Virus record (IMG/VR): IMGVR_UViG_3300044723_006546 | Span: 1 to 24,056 of that record | Strand: one strand, 5' to 3' | Source of the DNA: a virus | Taxonomy: Duplodnaviria > Caudoviricetes | DNA: 24,056 bases | Shown here: one piece after another, positions 17,449 through 24,056 of the stretch | How the letters are laid out: each line of letters opens with the position of its first letter | Numbering within the stretch: the stretch's first letter is position 1 | Made by a program: the position numbers and the translations under genes | Notes under the pieces: model-generated | Databases searched by the model: none | The model's input: the letters and a program-made list of their open reading frames with translations, nothing else | Told to the model about the DNA's origin: nothing

Positions 17449-18082
17449 CGAGCTCGATACTAAGACAGTAGACGGACAGCGATTATATGAAACACCTGAT
17501 GGAAAATTATATCCGTCCGTCACTACTGTCCTTAAAGACTTATCAGCAGAAGGTATTGCTGCATGGCGAGCAAAGGTTGGTAATGATGTAGCCAACCGTA
17601 TATCAGCTCAAGCGTCTGCAAGGGGTACTGCAGTACACAAACTTTGTGAAGACTACATTGACAACAAAGAAGATTATCTCGATGGTCACATGCCTGCCAA
17701 TATCGAGACGTTCAATACACTCAGAGGTCTACTAGACAAGTATCTTGATAACGTCGTTATGCAAGAAGTGCCTCTGTATTCCAATTACCTGGAAGTAGGG
17801 GGACGTGTAGACTGTATTGGTGAATGGAATGGTAAGCTGTCTGTCATCGACTTTAAGACATCCAAACGACGAAAGCGTAAAGATCAAATCTCAAGCTACT
17901 TTATGCAGGCAGCTGCCTACTGTGTAATGTTTGAGGAACTGACCAAGATTCCCATTACACAAACAATCATTCTGATGTCTGTAGACAATGACCATCCCTT
18001 AGTGTTTAAGTCGACTCGTGACGAATACATTGACCAATTCATGAAACAACGCGCGAGTTACCGCGACAAATACGGCCGTTGA
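17411..18082 (+). CDS. PD-(D/E)XK exonuclease (phage Cas4/RecB-like)
   Basis: YPSVTTVL, RGTAVH..CE, E..L, GRVDCI, VIDFKTS, Q..AY; follows phoH as in other marine T4-like phages. Confidence 0.9.
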   Translation: MTHFTHAPRPDINELDTKTVDGQRLYETPDGKLYPSVTTVLKDLSAEGIAAWRAKVGNDVANRISAQASARGTAVHKLCEDYIDNKEDYLDGHMPANIETFNTLRGLLDKYLDNVVMQEVPLYSNYLEVGGRVDCIGEWNGKLSVIDFKTSKRRKRKDQISSYFMQAAAYCVMFEELTKIPITQTIILMSVDNDHPLVFKSTRDEYIDQFMKQRASYRDKYGR

Positions 18083-18107
18083 CCTATCGGTTGTAATAAA
18101 GGATGAT
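18079..18107 (+). promoter_or_regulatory. Phage early (sigma70-like) promoter TTGACC-N17-GATGAT
   Basis: -35 at 18079-18084 contains the exonuclease stop; -10 at 18102-18107; same architecture as 23604 and 23855. Confidence 0.65.
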
Positions 18108-18134
18108 GCGCGCTTGTTTGAGTGAGATTTTGTG

Positions 18135-18455
18135 ATGGCTATTATATCTACCGGTTGTACCTACGACATGACTGGACGTAAGCGTCGAAGGGTTAAGCCT
18201 GAGGGCGAGGTGTACAAGAAGTACAAGCCCAAGCAAGCACGCACCTATATTCCTCCTGCTCCTTCTTACAGGAGAGACGCTGACGTTGAGTATAAGTCTG
18301 CTGATATCGATTCGTGCAACACTGCTAAGGCTGACACCAATGTATACTCTGGTGAGCAGAAGCTACTTGGTATCAGTACTCTTCACAAATCTTGTTTGCA
18401 ACCTGTCTTTGATAAGCAAACCGCTATCGACAATGCTCAGATGAGGCGTAACTGA
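18135..18455 (+). CDS. Basic hypothetical phage protein
   Basis: Lys/Arg-rich N-terminus; C-terminal YSG..LLGISTLHKS..QPVF motif; first gene after the 18079 promoter. Confidence 0.7.
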   Translation: MAIISTGCTYDMTGRKRRRVKPEGEVYKKYKPKQARTYIPPAPSYRRDADVEYKSADIDSCNTAKADTNVYSGEQKLLGISTLHKSCLQPVFDKQTAIDNAQMRRN

Positions 18456-18871
18456 TGTTTGATTATCTGAAGCACGTTGGTAAGCTAATCGAGCATGTTG
18501 AGAAGGCCTTACTGTTATTCATTGTACTTGGTACCGTTTGGGCAGCCGGCTTTGACATATTCCATATGTTCGGTTCCCAAGGCAAGATGGCTCTAGCTGA
18601 TCTGTTTATGCTTTTCATCTACGCTGAGATTCTTGGGATGGTGGGTGCTTTCTATAGCAGTCATCGTATTCCTGTAACACTTCCTTTGATTATTGCTATG
18701 ACTGCATTGACTAGAATGATACTTCTTCAGACCAAAGGAGACGAACCACTGAACATACTTTTCGAAAGTATGGGTATTCTGGTTCTAGCTGTTAGTGCTC
18801 TTATCATGAGCTACAAAGATAAACTCAGTTTACATAAGAAGGAAAAGTATGGAATTGCGAGAGAAGATTAA
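18455..18871 (+). CDS. psiE: Phosphate-starvation-inducible membrane protein PsiE
   Basis: Four hydrophobic helices; LADLFMLFIYAEILGMV..FY..HRIPV.LPLIIAMTALTR.I signature. Confidence 0.88.
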   Translation: MFDYLKHVGKLIEHVEKALLLFIVLGTVWAAGFDIFHMFGSQGKMALADLFMLFIYAEILGMVGAFYSSHRIPVTLPLIIAMTALTRMILLQTKGDEPLNILFESMGILVLAVSALIMSYKDKLSLHKKEKYGIARED

Positions 18872-19055
18872 CCACCGCCTCGACACTTTACAAGAGATGT
18901 TAGAGAATAACGAACACCTAGATAAGCCAAGTGCAGCTGAGGATCTAGTCAATCGTATCTCTCCTTTCTGGAGTATCTTGTCTGAAGAAGATCGCGACTA
19001 TGTTCAGTGTGCTCAGCATGCAATCGAAGACGGAGTCAAATGGGGTAAACCATGA
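18849..19055 (+). CDS. Hypothetical phage protein
   Basis: 68 aa, AAGGA SD, FWSILSEEDRDYVQCA segment. Confidence 0.7.
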   Translation: MELREKINHRLDTLQEMLENNEHLDKPSAAEDLVNRISPFWSILSEEDRDYVQCAQHAIEDGVKWGKP

Positions 19056-19255
19056 CTAAAGAACGCATGAAGGATTTGTTGATTGTAGGTATGCTACCCT
19101 TTCTCGTGGTGGCTTGTGAAACTACTGATTGGAGTTTCTTAGAACAAGCATGCATATTTGGTGAATGCTTCGAAGCACGTCAATGTGATATTATTCATGA
19201 AAACGCACCTCCTGAGTTAAAGTGCGATACATTTGAGTCTCGGGATAGACCCTAA
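19052..19255 (+). CDS. Putative small lipoprotein
   Basis: Hydrophobic stretch ending in lipobox-like LVVAC; four further Cys; ATGA overlap. Confidence 0.5.
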   Translation: MTKERMKDLLIVGMLPFLVVACETTDWSFLEQACIFGECFEARQCDIIHENAPPELKCDTFESRDRP

Positions 19256-19306
19256 ACTCGCCCTGGTCGGTACGCACCGTCACCTGAGTAAGTGAAGAAA
19301 CTGCTC
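19204..19306 (+). ncRNA. Candidate structured RNA (tandem H-type pseudoknots) in the tRNA leader
   Basis: Stems paired by eye: CGCAC/GTGCG, GAGTT/AACTC, GTCT/AGAC, CGGT/ACCG, TCAC/GTGA, GAGTA/TGCTC. Confidence 0.4.
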
Positions 19307-19313
19307 TCCCTTT

Positions 19314-19390
19314 CGGAGACTAGCTCAGCTTGGTAGAGCACCTGCTTTGGGAGCAGGGGGTCGGGGGTTCAAGTCCCTCGTCTCCGACCA
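19314..19390 (+). tRNA. tRNA-Pro (anticodon UGG), CCA encoded
   Basis: Acceptor CGGAGAC/GTCTCCG, D stem GCTC/GAGC, anticodon stem CCTGC/GCAGG with loop TTTGGGA, T arm GGGGG-TTCAAGT-CCCTC, ends ACCA; 77 nt. Confidence 0.98.
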
Positions 19391-19400
19391 TATATAAAGC

Positions 19401-19925
19401 ATGGATAAGTTCTTAACACCGTGGCCACACTTCATTATACAACAAACCTTTCCTCATGCAGACTTTGTTAAAATTCAAAAAATTATGTCTGGGTGGCCAA
19501 AGCCAGACGAGGGTCATAGGTTTAGAAAAGATATTGAGAATTTCTCCAATTCCGGCTTTATATTAAACAAACTCCGTAAACACGTATATCCTATGTTGAT
19601 TGAAGCGGCCGCTTCTTCGTATTCAAGTAACGTGCTTAAGAATCGTGTAGTGTTTAAATCTGAGTATAATTGTCAATCTAAGGATAATAAATATCCAATA
19701 CACATTGATGTCGAAGGTAAATTGGTTTCCATAATCACTCATATAAGTACCGACGGTACTGGCACTACTTTGTATAACATAGATAAAACTTTTAACCAAA
19801 CTCTTCCGTGGATACCCAATAGCAGTTTAATGTTTACCAATGGTCACAAGTATCATTCTTTTAAAAGCAATCACAATTACAGAGTTACTCTAGCATCTTC
19901 ATTACAAATAGACAATGATTCCTAA
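19401..19925 (+). CDS. 2OG-Fe(II) oxygenase
   Basis: PWPH N-terminus, YPIHID (HxD), GTTLY, WIPN, YHSF (distal His), RVTL. Confidence 0.8.
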   Translation: MDKFLTPWPHFIIQQTFPHADFVKIQKIMSGWPKPDEGHRFRKDIENFSNSGFILNKLRKHVYPMLIEAAASSYSSNVLKNRVVFKSEYNCQSKDNKYPIHIDVEGKLVSIITHISTDGTGTTLYNIDKTFNQTLPWIPNSSLMFTNGHKYHSFKSNHNYRVTLASSLQIDNDS

Positions 19926-20679
19926 TTTTATAGAATTAAATCCAACCGAATTATGTAACCTTAAATGTGGTTTTTGTCCTAGATCTGATGATTATCCTAA
20001 TTCAAATTTTCACATGACATTAGATACTGTGGATGTGATAGTCGATCACGTTAAACAGTTAGCGTCTGTTAGTAATAGACTAATAACCGTATCATATACT
20101 GGCCGCGGCGAGCCTACTTTGCAAACGAATTTTGTAGAATCAATGATTAAATTGATTGAACTTCGCAATAGTGTTAACAACGTCCGTTTAATGATAAACA
20201 CAAACGGCTATAAATTTGACAAGTATCTATTCATATACAAGCAAATTGATACAGTTATGTTCAACGTGTATTATAATTACACTTACGAAGAGTATTTGCA
20301 ATTTAAAGACAGGTACAAATCCTATGGTAACGTACATGTCATTCGACGAAAAGAAGGTGAAGAGTCAGAGCAAGTCAATTATAATTCTAGATCAGGAGCT
20401 ATCTTAGTTAAGAACTTAACCGACGTAATCTTTTCTGACAAGCATTACGGATACTGTAACAAACCGTTTACTAACATTTTTATAGACTGGAACGGTGATT
20501 ATATTTTGTGTTGCAACGATTGGGTCATTATGGAGCCACTAGATAATGTTCACAATACCTCTATTGTAGATTTTTACAACTATAATTCCAAGCTTCAGAA
20601 ATACAAAAAAATGTTATTACAACACAAACGTACAATATCACCGTGTAACACTTGCAACTACTATAGCCGAGAGCATTAA
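19915..20679 (+). CDS. Radical SAM enzyme with C-terminal Twitch/SPASM-type domain
   Basis: CNLKCGFC (CxxxCxxC), GRGEPTL, NTNG, then YCNKPF..IDWNG..LCCND...CNTC. Confidence 0.9.
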   Translation: MIPNFIELNPTELCNLKCGFCPRSDDYPNSNFHMTLDTVDVIVDHVKQLASVSNRLITVSYTGRGEPTLQTNFVESMIKLIELRNSVNNVRLMINTNGYKFDKYLFIYKQIDTVMFNVYYNYTYEEYLQFKDRYKSYGNVHVIRRKEGEESEQVNYNSRSGAILVKNLTDVIFSDKHYGYCNKPFTNIFIDWNGDYILCCNDWVIMEPLDNVHNTSIVDFYNYNSKLQKYKKMLLQHKRTISPCNTCNYYSREH

Positions 20680-20718
20680 CATTATACATAATAAACAATA
20701 ATAAGAAGAATATTATGT

Positions 20719-22005
20719 ATGTTGAAATATATCATTGCGCTTGTCGTTCTGACAACGTCCCTTACCTCTCAAGCAGACACACTGATTAGGACAGGTTGTA
20801 GTAAAGACTACCCTGGTGTCCAGTGGTTTATCTACGAAGACGATAACGGTAACAGATACTCTACTAAGGATCCTAGGTCACGTAAGTGCGGTTATAGTCG
20901 CCAACTAAACCTTTCCTTGGATAAGGAGTATGGTGATAGATTCGATCCAGCAATAGTCAAAGTAGATTACAAAGACATGCTTGGTCGTAATGAACCGTGG
21001 GGCATGGTCCATCACAAGACTACAATGGGTAGGGCTGTCAGGTTAGATCGAGATACAGTAGCAATCTATAGTGATGGTCGTACCGGTGATGGTATCTTCA
21101 CTCTCGGCAGAACGGAAATTCAATTCCGCATAGAAGAAGAGCCTGTGTGTGAGGTAGACGCTTCTTACTTAGGTGGTGGTGGAACCGACTGTGAGGGATA
21201 TGATCAGAAGACTAGCCAGGACTTAATCTACTATGGAGAAGATGACGACAAGATAGTTACTTGGGAGCTCGGTGTATTCGTCTATGCCTCTCATAGCAAG
21301 TATGGTATTGATCAACCTATTGAGATTATGGAGGAGTGGGACGATAGTCACCCACAATGGAAAAAGTGGGAGAAAAGGGTAGAGCAATACAACGAAGTGT
21401 ATGAGAAGTCAGGTGTTCATATAAGATACAAGCTGACCAAATTGTATCTTGCTCATTGGCATTCTACTGGCCAGAATAAAAACCTTGCAACTGGTCTACC
21501 CGTAGACATCGTACTTGGTCATGGTACATCATATCCAGACACGTGTGGCGTTGCTAAAGTAACAACTTACTTCTCTGAAGGTAAACCACCTGCATCTATG
21601 AGCAGGTGTGATATCTACACTGACCTACATGAAATGGGTCACTCTGTAGGTCTTGCTCATGGACCAGAGAACCAGGCCTGGCAAGCATCTGGTTATCTTT
21701 TTCCAGAGTATGGTCATGGCTGGAACGACATTTGTTATACCAAAGATGATTTAATGTCATATGGATATGAAGGCGTCTTTCATTCTAACTCTAAACTTGA
21801 TTGCAGTGAGATTTTTGGTGACTCCGAGCGTTATAGTGGTTGGTCGGCTGGAAGCACTCAGTGGTCAGATACCGCTAAAGCTCTCAATAGAGTAAGGTAC
21901 AATGTTTCTCTTATACATAGAGAGCACGATTATGTAGATAAGGACCCTAGACTACAAAAGATGTATTCTAGAAGTGTCCGTAAAGAAATTGAGGTAGTTG
22001 ATTAA
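20719..22005 (+). CDS. Secreted metzincin zinc metalloprotease (reprolysin/M12-like)
   Basis: Signal peptide ending SQA|D; HEMGHSVGLAH (HExxHxxGxxH); Met-turn LMSYG; multiple Cys. Confidence 0.85.
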   Translation: MLKYIIALVVLTTSLTSQADTLIRTGCSKDYPGVQWFIYEDDNGNRYSTKDPRSRKCGYSRQLNLSLDKEYGDRFDPAIVKVDYKDMLGRNEPWGMVHHKTTMGRAVRLDRDTVAIYSDGRTGDGIFTLGRTEIQFRIEEEPVCEVDASYLGGGGTDCEGYDQKTSQDLIYYGEDDDKIVTWELGVFVYASHSKYGIDQPIEIMEEWDDSHPQWKKWEKRVEQYNEVYEKSGVHIRYKLTKLYLAHWHSTGQNKNLATGLPVDIVLGHGTSYPDTCGVAKVTTYFSEGKPPASMSRCDIYTDLHEMGHSVGLAHGPENQAWQASGYLFPEYGHGWNDICYTKDDLMSYGYEGVFHSNSKLDCSEIFGDSERYSGWSAGSTQWSDTAKALNRVRYNVSLIHREHDYVDKDPRLQKMYSRSVRKEIEVVD

Positions 22006-22146
22006 ATGGCTGGCAAAGGTAGTAAACCAAGACCCATTGAAGTCGATCGTAAGACTTACGATGATAACTGGGATCGTATTTTCAATAAGGATAAGAAAAA
22101 AGATGTACGAGTACAGGTGCAAGATAGTAAAGATAGTAGACGGTGA
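22006..22146 (+). CDS. Small phage peptide (46 aa) MAGKGSKPRPIEVDRKTYDDNWDRIFNK...
   Basis: Below the track length cutoff; ATG directly after the protease TAA, GAGGT SD upstream; GKGSKPRP...NWDRIF resembles a small phage ORF pattern I recall. Confidence 0.7.
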   Translation: MAGKGSKPRPIEVDRKTYDDNWDRIFNKDKKKDVRVQVQDSKDSRR

Positions 22147-22546
22147 TACGGTTGATGTAGACATCGATCTTGGTTTTGGAATCTGGGTCCGAAATGAACG
22201 CGTACGTATTCATGGTATTGATACTCCGGAGTCTCGTACTAGAGACAAGGTAGAAAAGAAGTTTGGCCTTGCCAGTAAGAAGTTTGTACAAGATACTCTA
22301 AAGAAGGGTTCAATCCAAACTCTGGTTACAGAGAAGCCAGGCGATGAATCCAAAGGCAAGTTTGGTCGTATCCTTGGTAAGTTTAGAGTGTACGATAGTG
22401 TCACTGATAGCTGGATGTTTATGGGTGACATTATGATCCGCGAAGGGTATGCAGTACCTTATCAAGGTGGATCTAAAGATGAGCTTGTCGAGATGCATCT
22501 TTCTAATCGAAACAAGTTGATCTCTAAGGGCGTTGTAACCCTGTGA
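22103..22546 (+). CDS. Thermonuclease (staphylococcal nuclease-like)
   Basis: MYEY...IVDGDT, RVRIHGIDTPESR, GKFGRILG, GYA; start at ATG 22103 (AAGGA upstream), not 21998. Confidence 0.9.
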   Translation: MYEYRCKIVKIVDGDTVDVDIDLGFGIWVRNERVRIHGIDTPESRTRDKVEKKFGLASKKFVQDTLKKGSIQTLVTEKPGDESKGKFGRILGKFRVYDSVTDSWMFMGDIMIREGYAVPYQGGSKDELVEMHLSNRNKLISKGVVTL

Positions 22547-22740
22547 AATTGTTAGCTTTTTTACTGGCTATCTGTTTGTCTGGTTGTTCTTCTCTAAGAT
22601 GGCCAGATGATGTTGGTGTATCCGTAGAAGACCTGGAAGGCTTTGGTAATCCAGATATAGTTGAATGTCAAATTATGTTTAACGGTGAAGTCCCAATAGT
22701 GCCGTGTGTAATTGAAGTAACCGTTACCTGGCAGATATAA
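22543..22740 (+). CDS. Putative lipoprotein
   Basis: GTG start overlapping the upstream TGA; MKLLAFLLAICLSGC lipobox. Confidence 0.7.
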   Translation: MKLLAFLLAICLSGCSSLRWPDDVGVSVEDLEGFGNPDIVECQIMFNGEVPIVPCVIEVTVTWQI

Positions 22741-22743
22741 ATA
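22736..22743 (+). promoter_or_regulatory. T4-type late promoter TATAAATA
   Basis: Exact gp55-type consensus at the start of a 76-nt intergenic gap. Confidence 0.7.
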
Positions 22744-22816
22744 GAACATCATAAAGTTGTTTTCGTAATCTACCGTGATTGATTTTGTTTTGTAAATTAA
22801 TCAATAGAGGTGGAAT

Positions 22817-23128
22817 ATGAGCGACGAACCTGTAAAAAAATCCATACAGATCGATCTGGAAGTTGACACTAATGTAGTCAACAGTGGTACCAATCCATAC
22901 CAAAAGTGGATATGGATGGCACACGCGATCGATGCCTGGAGGATCTTTCCAAGACTGTTCCTTACAGTCTACATTGTGCTTCTCTATAAGACCGTAATTT
23001 GGTACATGGAGTTAGCTGATCCGTCAATGTCTCAATCTGGTCTTATCTCCGTTATAGTTGGTGCTGGCGCCGCGTGGTTTGGTCTGTACGCGGGTACTCA
23101 TAAATCACCACCCTCTAACGACAAGTAG
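22817..23128 (+). CDS. Two-TM membrane protein (possible holin)
   Basis: DAWRIFPRLFL..., two hydrophobic helices, GAGG SD, downstream of the late promoter; holin function is an inference only. Confidence 0.6.
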   Translation: MSDEPVKKSIQIDLEVDTNVVNSGTNPYQKWIWMAHAIDAWRIFPRLFLTVYIVLLYKTVIWYMELADPSMSQSGLISVIVGAGAAWFGLYAGTHKSPPSNDK

Positions 23129-23138
23129 GAGTTAAGCC

Positions 23139-23603
23139 ATGATGGAGATAGCCGCGGCCATATCATTGGCCAGTTCGGCGTTCAATGCTTTGAAGAAAGG
23201 CATGGAGACCGGTCGAGAGATCGAGGATATGGTTGACTACTTTGGTAAATGGTTTGAAGCAAAAGACGCATTGTCCGAACAAAACATTAATGCAAACAAC
23301 CAGCCAGCATTTAAGAAGATGTTCTCTGGTGGTAGTGTAGAAGCTCAGGCTCTACAGGTGACTCACGCCAAGCATAAGATCAAGCAGATGGAGAAGGAAC
23401 TATACGAGTACCTTCTGTATACTGGCCAACAAGAGTTTTACAACGACATGATGGCTGAACGCAGGGCTATCCGTCAAGCTCGAATAGACGAAGCTATCAG
23501 ACGATCAGAAAGAAAAAGGTTCTGGTTTGATCTGATTGTAGGTGGAGGAGCCATCTCCTTTGCAATAGGATTTATTGTCACCCTTTTCATGTTCCTATTG
23601 TAG
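23139..23603 (+). CDS. Coiled-coil protein with C-terminal TM anchor
   Basis: AGGAG SD; helical charged core, C-terminal hydrophobic segment after RRSERKR. Confidence 0.7.
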   Translation: MMEIAAAISLASSAFNALKKGMETGREIEDMVDYFGKWFEAKDALSEQNINANNQPAFKKMFSGGSVEAQALQVTHAKHKIKQMEKELYEYLLYTGQQEFYNDMMAERRAIRQARIDEAIRRSERKRFWFDLIVGGGAISFAIGFIVTLFMFLL

Positions 23604-23632
23604 TTGACCTAACAATCAAGTGCCCTGATAAT
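23604..23632 (+). promoter_or_regulatory. Phage early promoter TTGACC-N17-GATAAT
   Basis: -35 at 23604-23609 directly after the TAG stop, -10 at 23627-23632. Confidence 0.75.
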
Positions 23633-23639
23633 GGGCACT

Positions 23640-23858
23640 ATGAAAAAAGATGCACTTAAAGAAGCTGTCACTGATACAGCACTCGCTGCGTTAATCAACG
23701 TACCACTCAACTATGTTCTCATCTCATTTGCGTTTTCATTAGAGTTGTCTGCTTTGCAGTCGACTCTTTTGTTCACTTCGGTGTTCACTATTATCGCTAT
23801 AACGAGAAAGTATTACGTCAGAATGCACTTTGAACGCCGCAGTTTACGCGGCTGTTGA
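23640..23858 (+). CDS. Small two-TM membrane protein
   Basis: MKKDALKEAVTDT...RKYYVRMHF; ATG 23631 lies within the -10 box, so ATG 23640 is preferred. Confidence 0.7.
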   Translation: MKKDALKEAVTDTALAALINVPLNYVLISFAFSLELSALQSTLLFTSVFTIIAITRKYYVRMHFERRSLRGC

Positions 23859-23883
23859 CCTTACGTAAACTTTCCAGGATAGT
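23855..23883 (+). promoter_or_regulatory. Phage early promoter TTGACC-N17-GATAGT
   Basis: -35 at 23855-23860 contains the upstream TGA, -10 at 23878-23883; precedes the DUF932-like gene. Confidence 0.7.
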
Positions 23884-23919
23884 GTACTGGTCAATTGGAC
23901 ATTTGAGAGAGAAAATATT

Positions 23920-24056
23920 ATGGCACATCAAGTTGAAACAATGGCATACGCTGGTGAAGTTCCTTGGCACGGTCTTGGTACAAACGTACCTGCTGACTTA
24001 GGTCCTATCCAGATGATGCAGAAAGCAGGTTGTGATTGGACTGTTAGTAAGCAGCA
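23920..24056 (+). CDS. DUF932/DUF945 (TIGR03299-like) phage protein, N-terminus (3' truncated)
   Basis: Not in the track; reads MAHQVETMAYAGEVPWHGLGTNVPADLGPIQMMQKAGCDWTVSKQ with the PWHGLG and AGxDW signatures. Confidence 0.85.
   Translation, partial: MAHQVETMAYAGEVPWHGLGTNVPADLGPIQMMQKAGCDWTVSKQ

Noticed and set aside
17411-18082. Cas4-like nuclease as part of a CRISPR system
   Set aside because: No repeat-spacer array or other cas genes; it is the usual phoH-linked phage exonuclease.
16560-18455. Pho boxes upstream of phoH or psiE
   Set aside because: No CTGTCAT-type 11-bp-spaced direct repeats seen by eye.
19284-19306. Hammerhead ribozyme (CTGAGTA...GAAAC)
   Set aside because: The core needs CUGANGA and a stem II before GAAA; neither is satisfied.
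19370-20718. Integrated element with att duplication of the tRNA 3' end
   Set aside because: No repeat of the tRNA 3' sequence found downstream and no integrase.
21998-22102. N-terminal membrane-like extension of the SNase
   Set aside because: Better explained by the 46-aa ORF in another frame; MYEY at 22103 is the natural start.
22121-22138. Tandem repeat AAGATAGTA x2
   Set aside because: Simply encodes KIVKIV in the nuclease; two copies only.
19401-22146. RiPP cluster (oxygenase + rSAM + protease + peptide)
   Set aside because: The rSAM lacks an RRE and a full SPASM Cys set, the protease is exported, there is no transporter, and composition differs between the genes.
290-22924. Minus-strand and alternative-frame short ORFs in the track
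   Set aside because: They shadow well-supported + strand genes and show no recognisable motifs.

Overview
A 24 kb segment of a T4-like (myovirus-type) bacteriophage, probably marine and probably infecting a proteobacterium (inferred from the iscU and psiE genes). All credible genes are on the + strand and tightly packed, often with ATGA overlaps. In order: the 3' end of an Fe-S scaffold gene (iscU), class Ia ribonucleotide reductase nrdA-nrdB, a small CxxCG/CPxCG protein and a GIY-YIG EndoII-like nuclease. Next comes a ~12 kb block of cytoplasmic sugar-building and tailoring enzymes: five to six glycosyltransferase-like genes, two sulfotransferases, three methyltransferases, a 2OG-Fe(II) oxygenase, a cupin and a truncated NDP-sugar dehydrogenase, with glutaredoxin embedded. 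After it lie the phoH-exonuclease block, psiE, and tRNA-Pro(UGG) preceded by a candidate tandem-pseudoknot RNA. The right end has an AT-rich oxygenase + radical SAM cassette, a secreted metzincin protease, an SNase-like nuclease, small membrane/lipoproteins and the start of a DUF932-like gene. Four TTGACC-N17-(G/T)ATRRT promoter-like elements and one exact T4 late promoter (TATAAATA) are visible. All product calls come from motif recognition by eye; no database searches were run.
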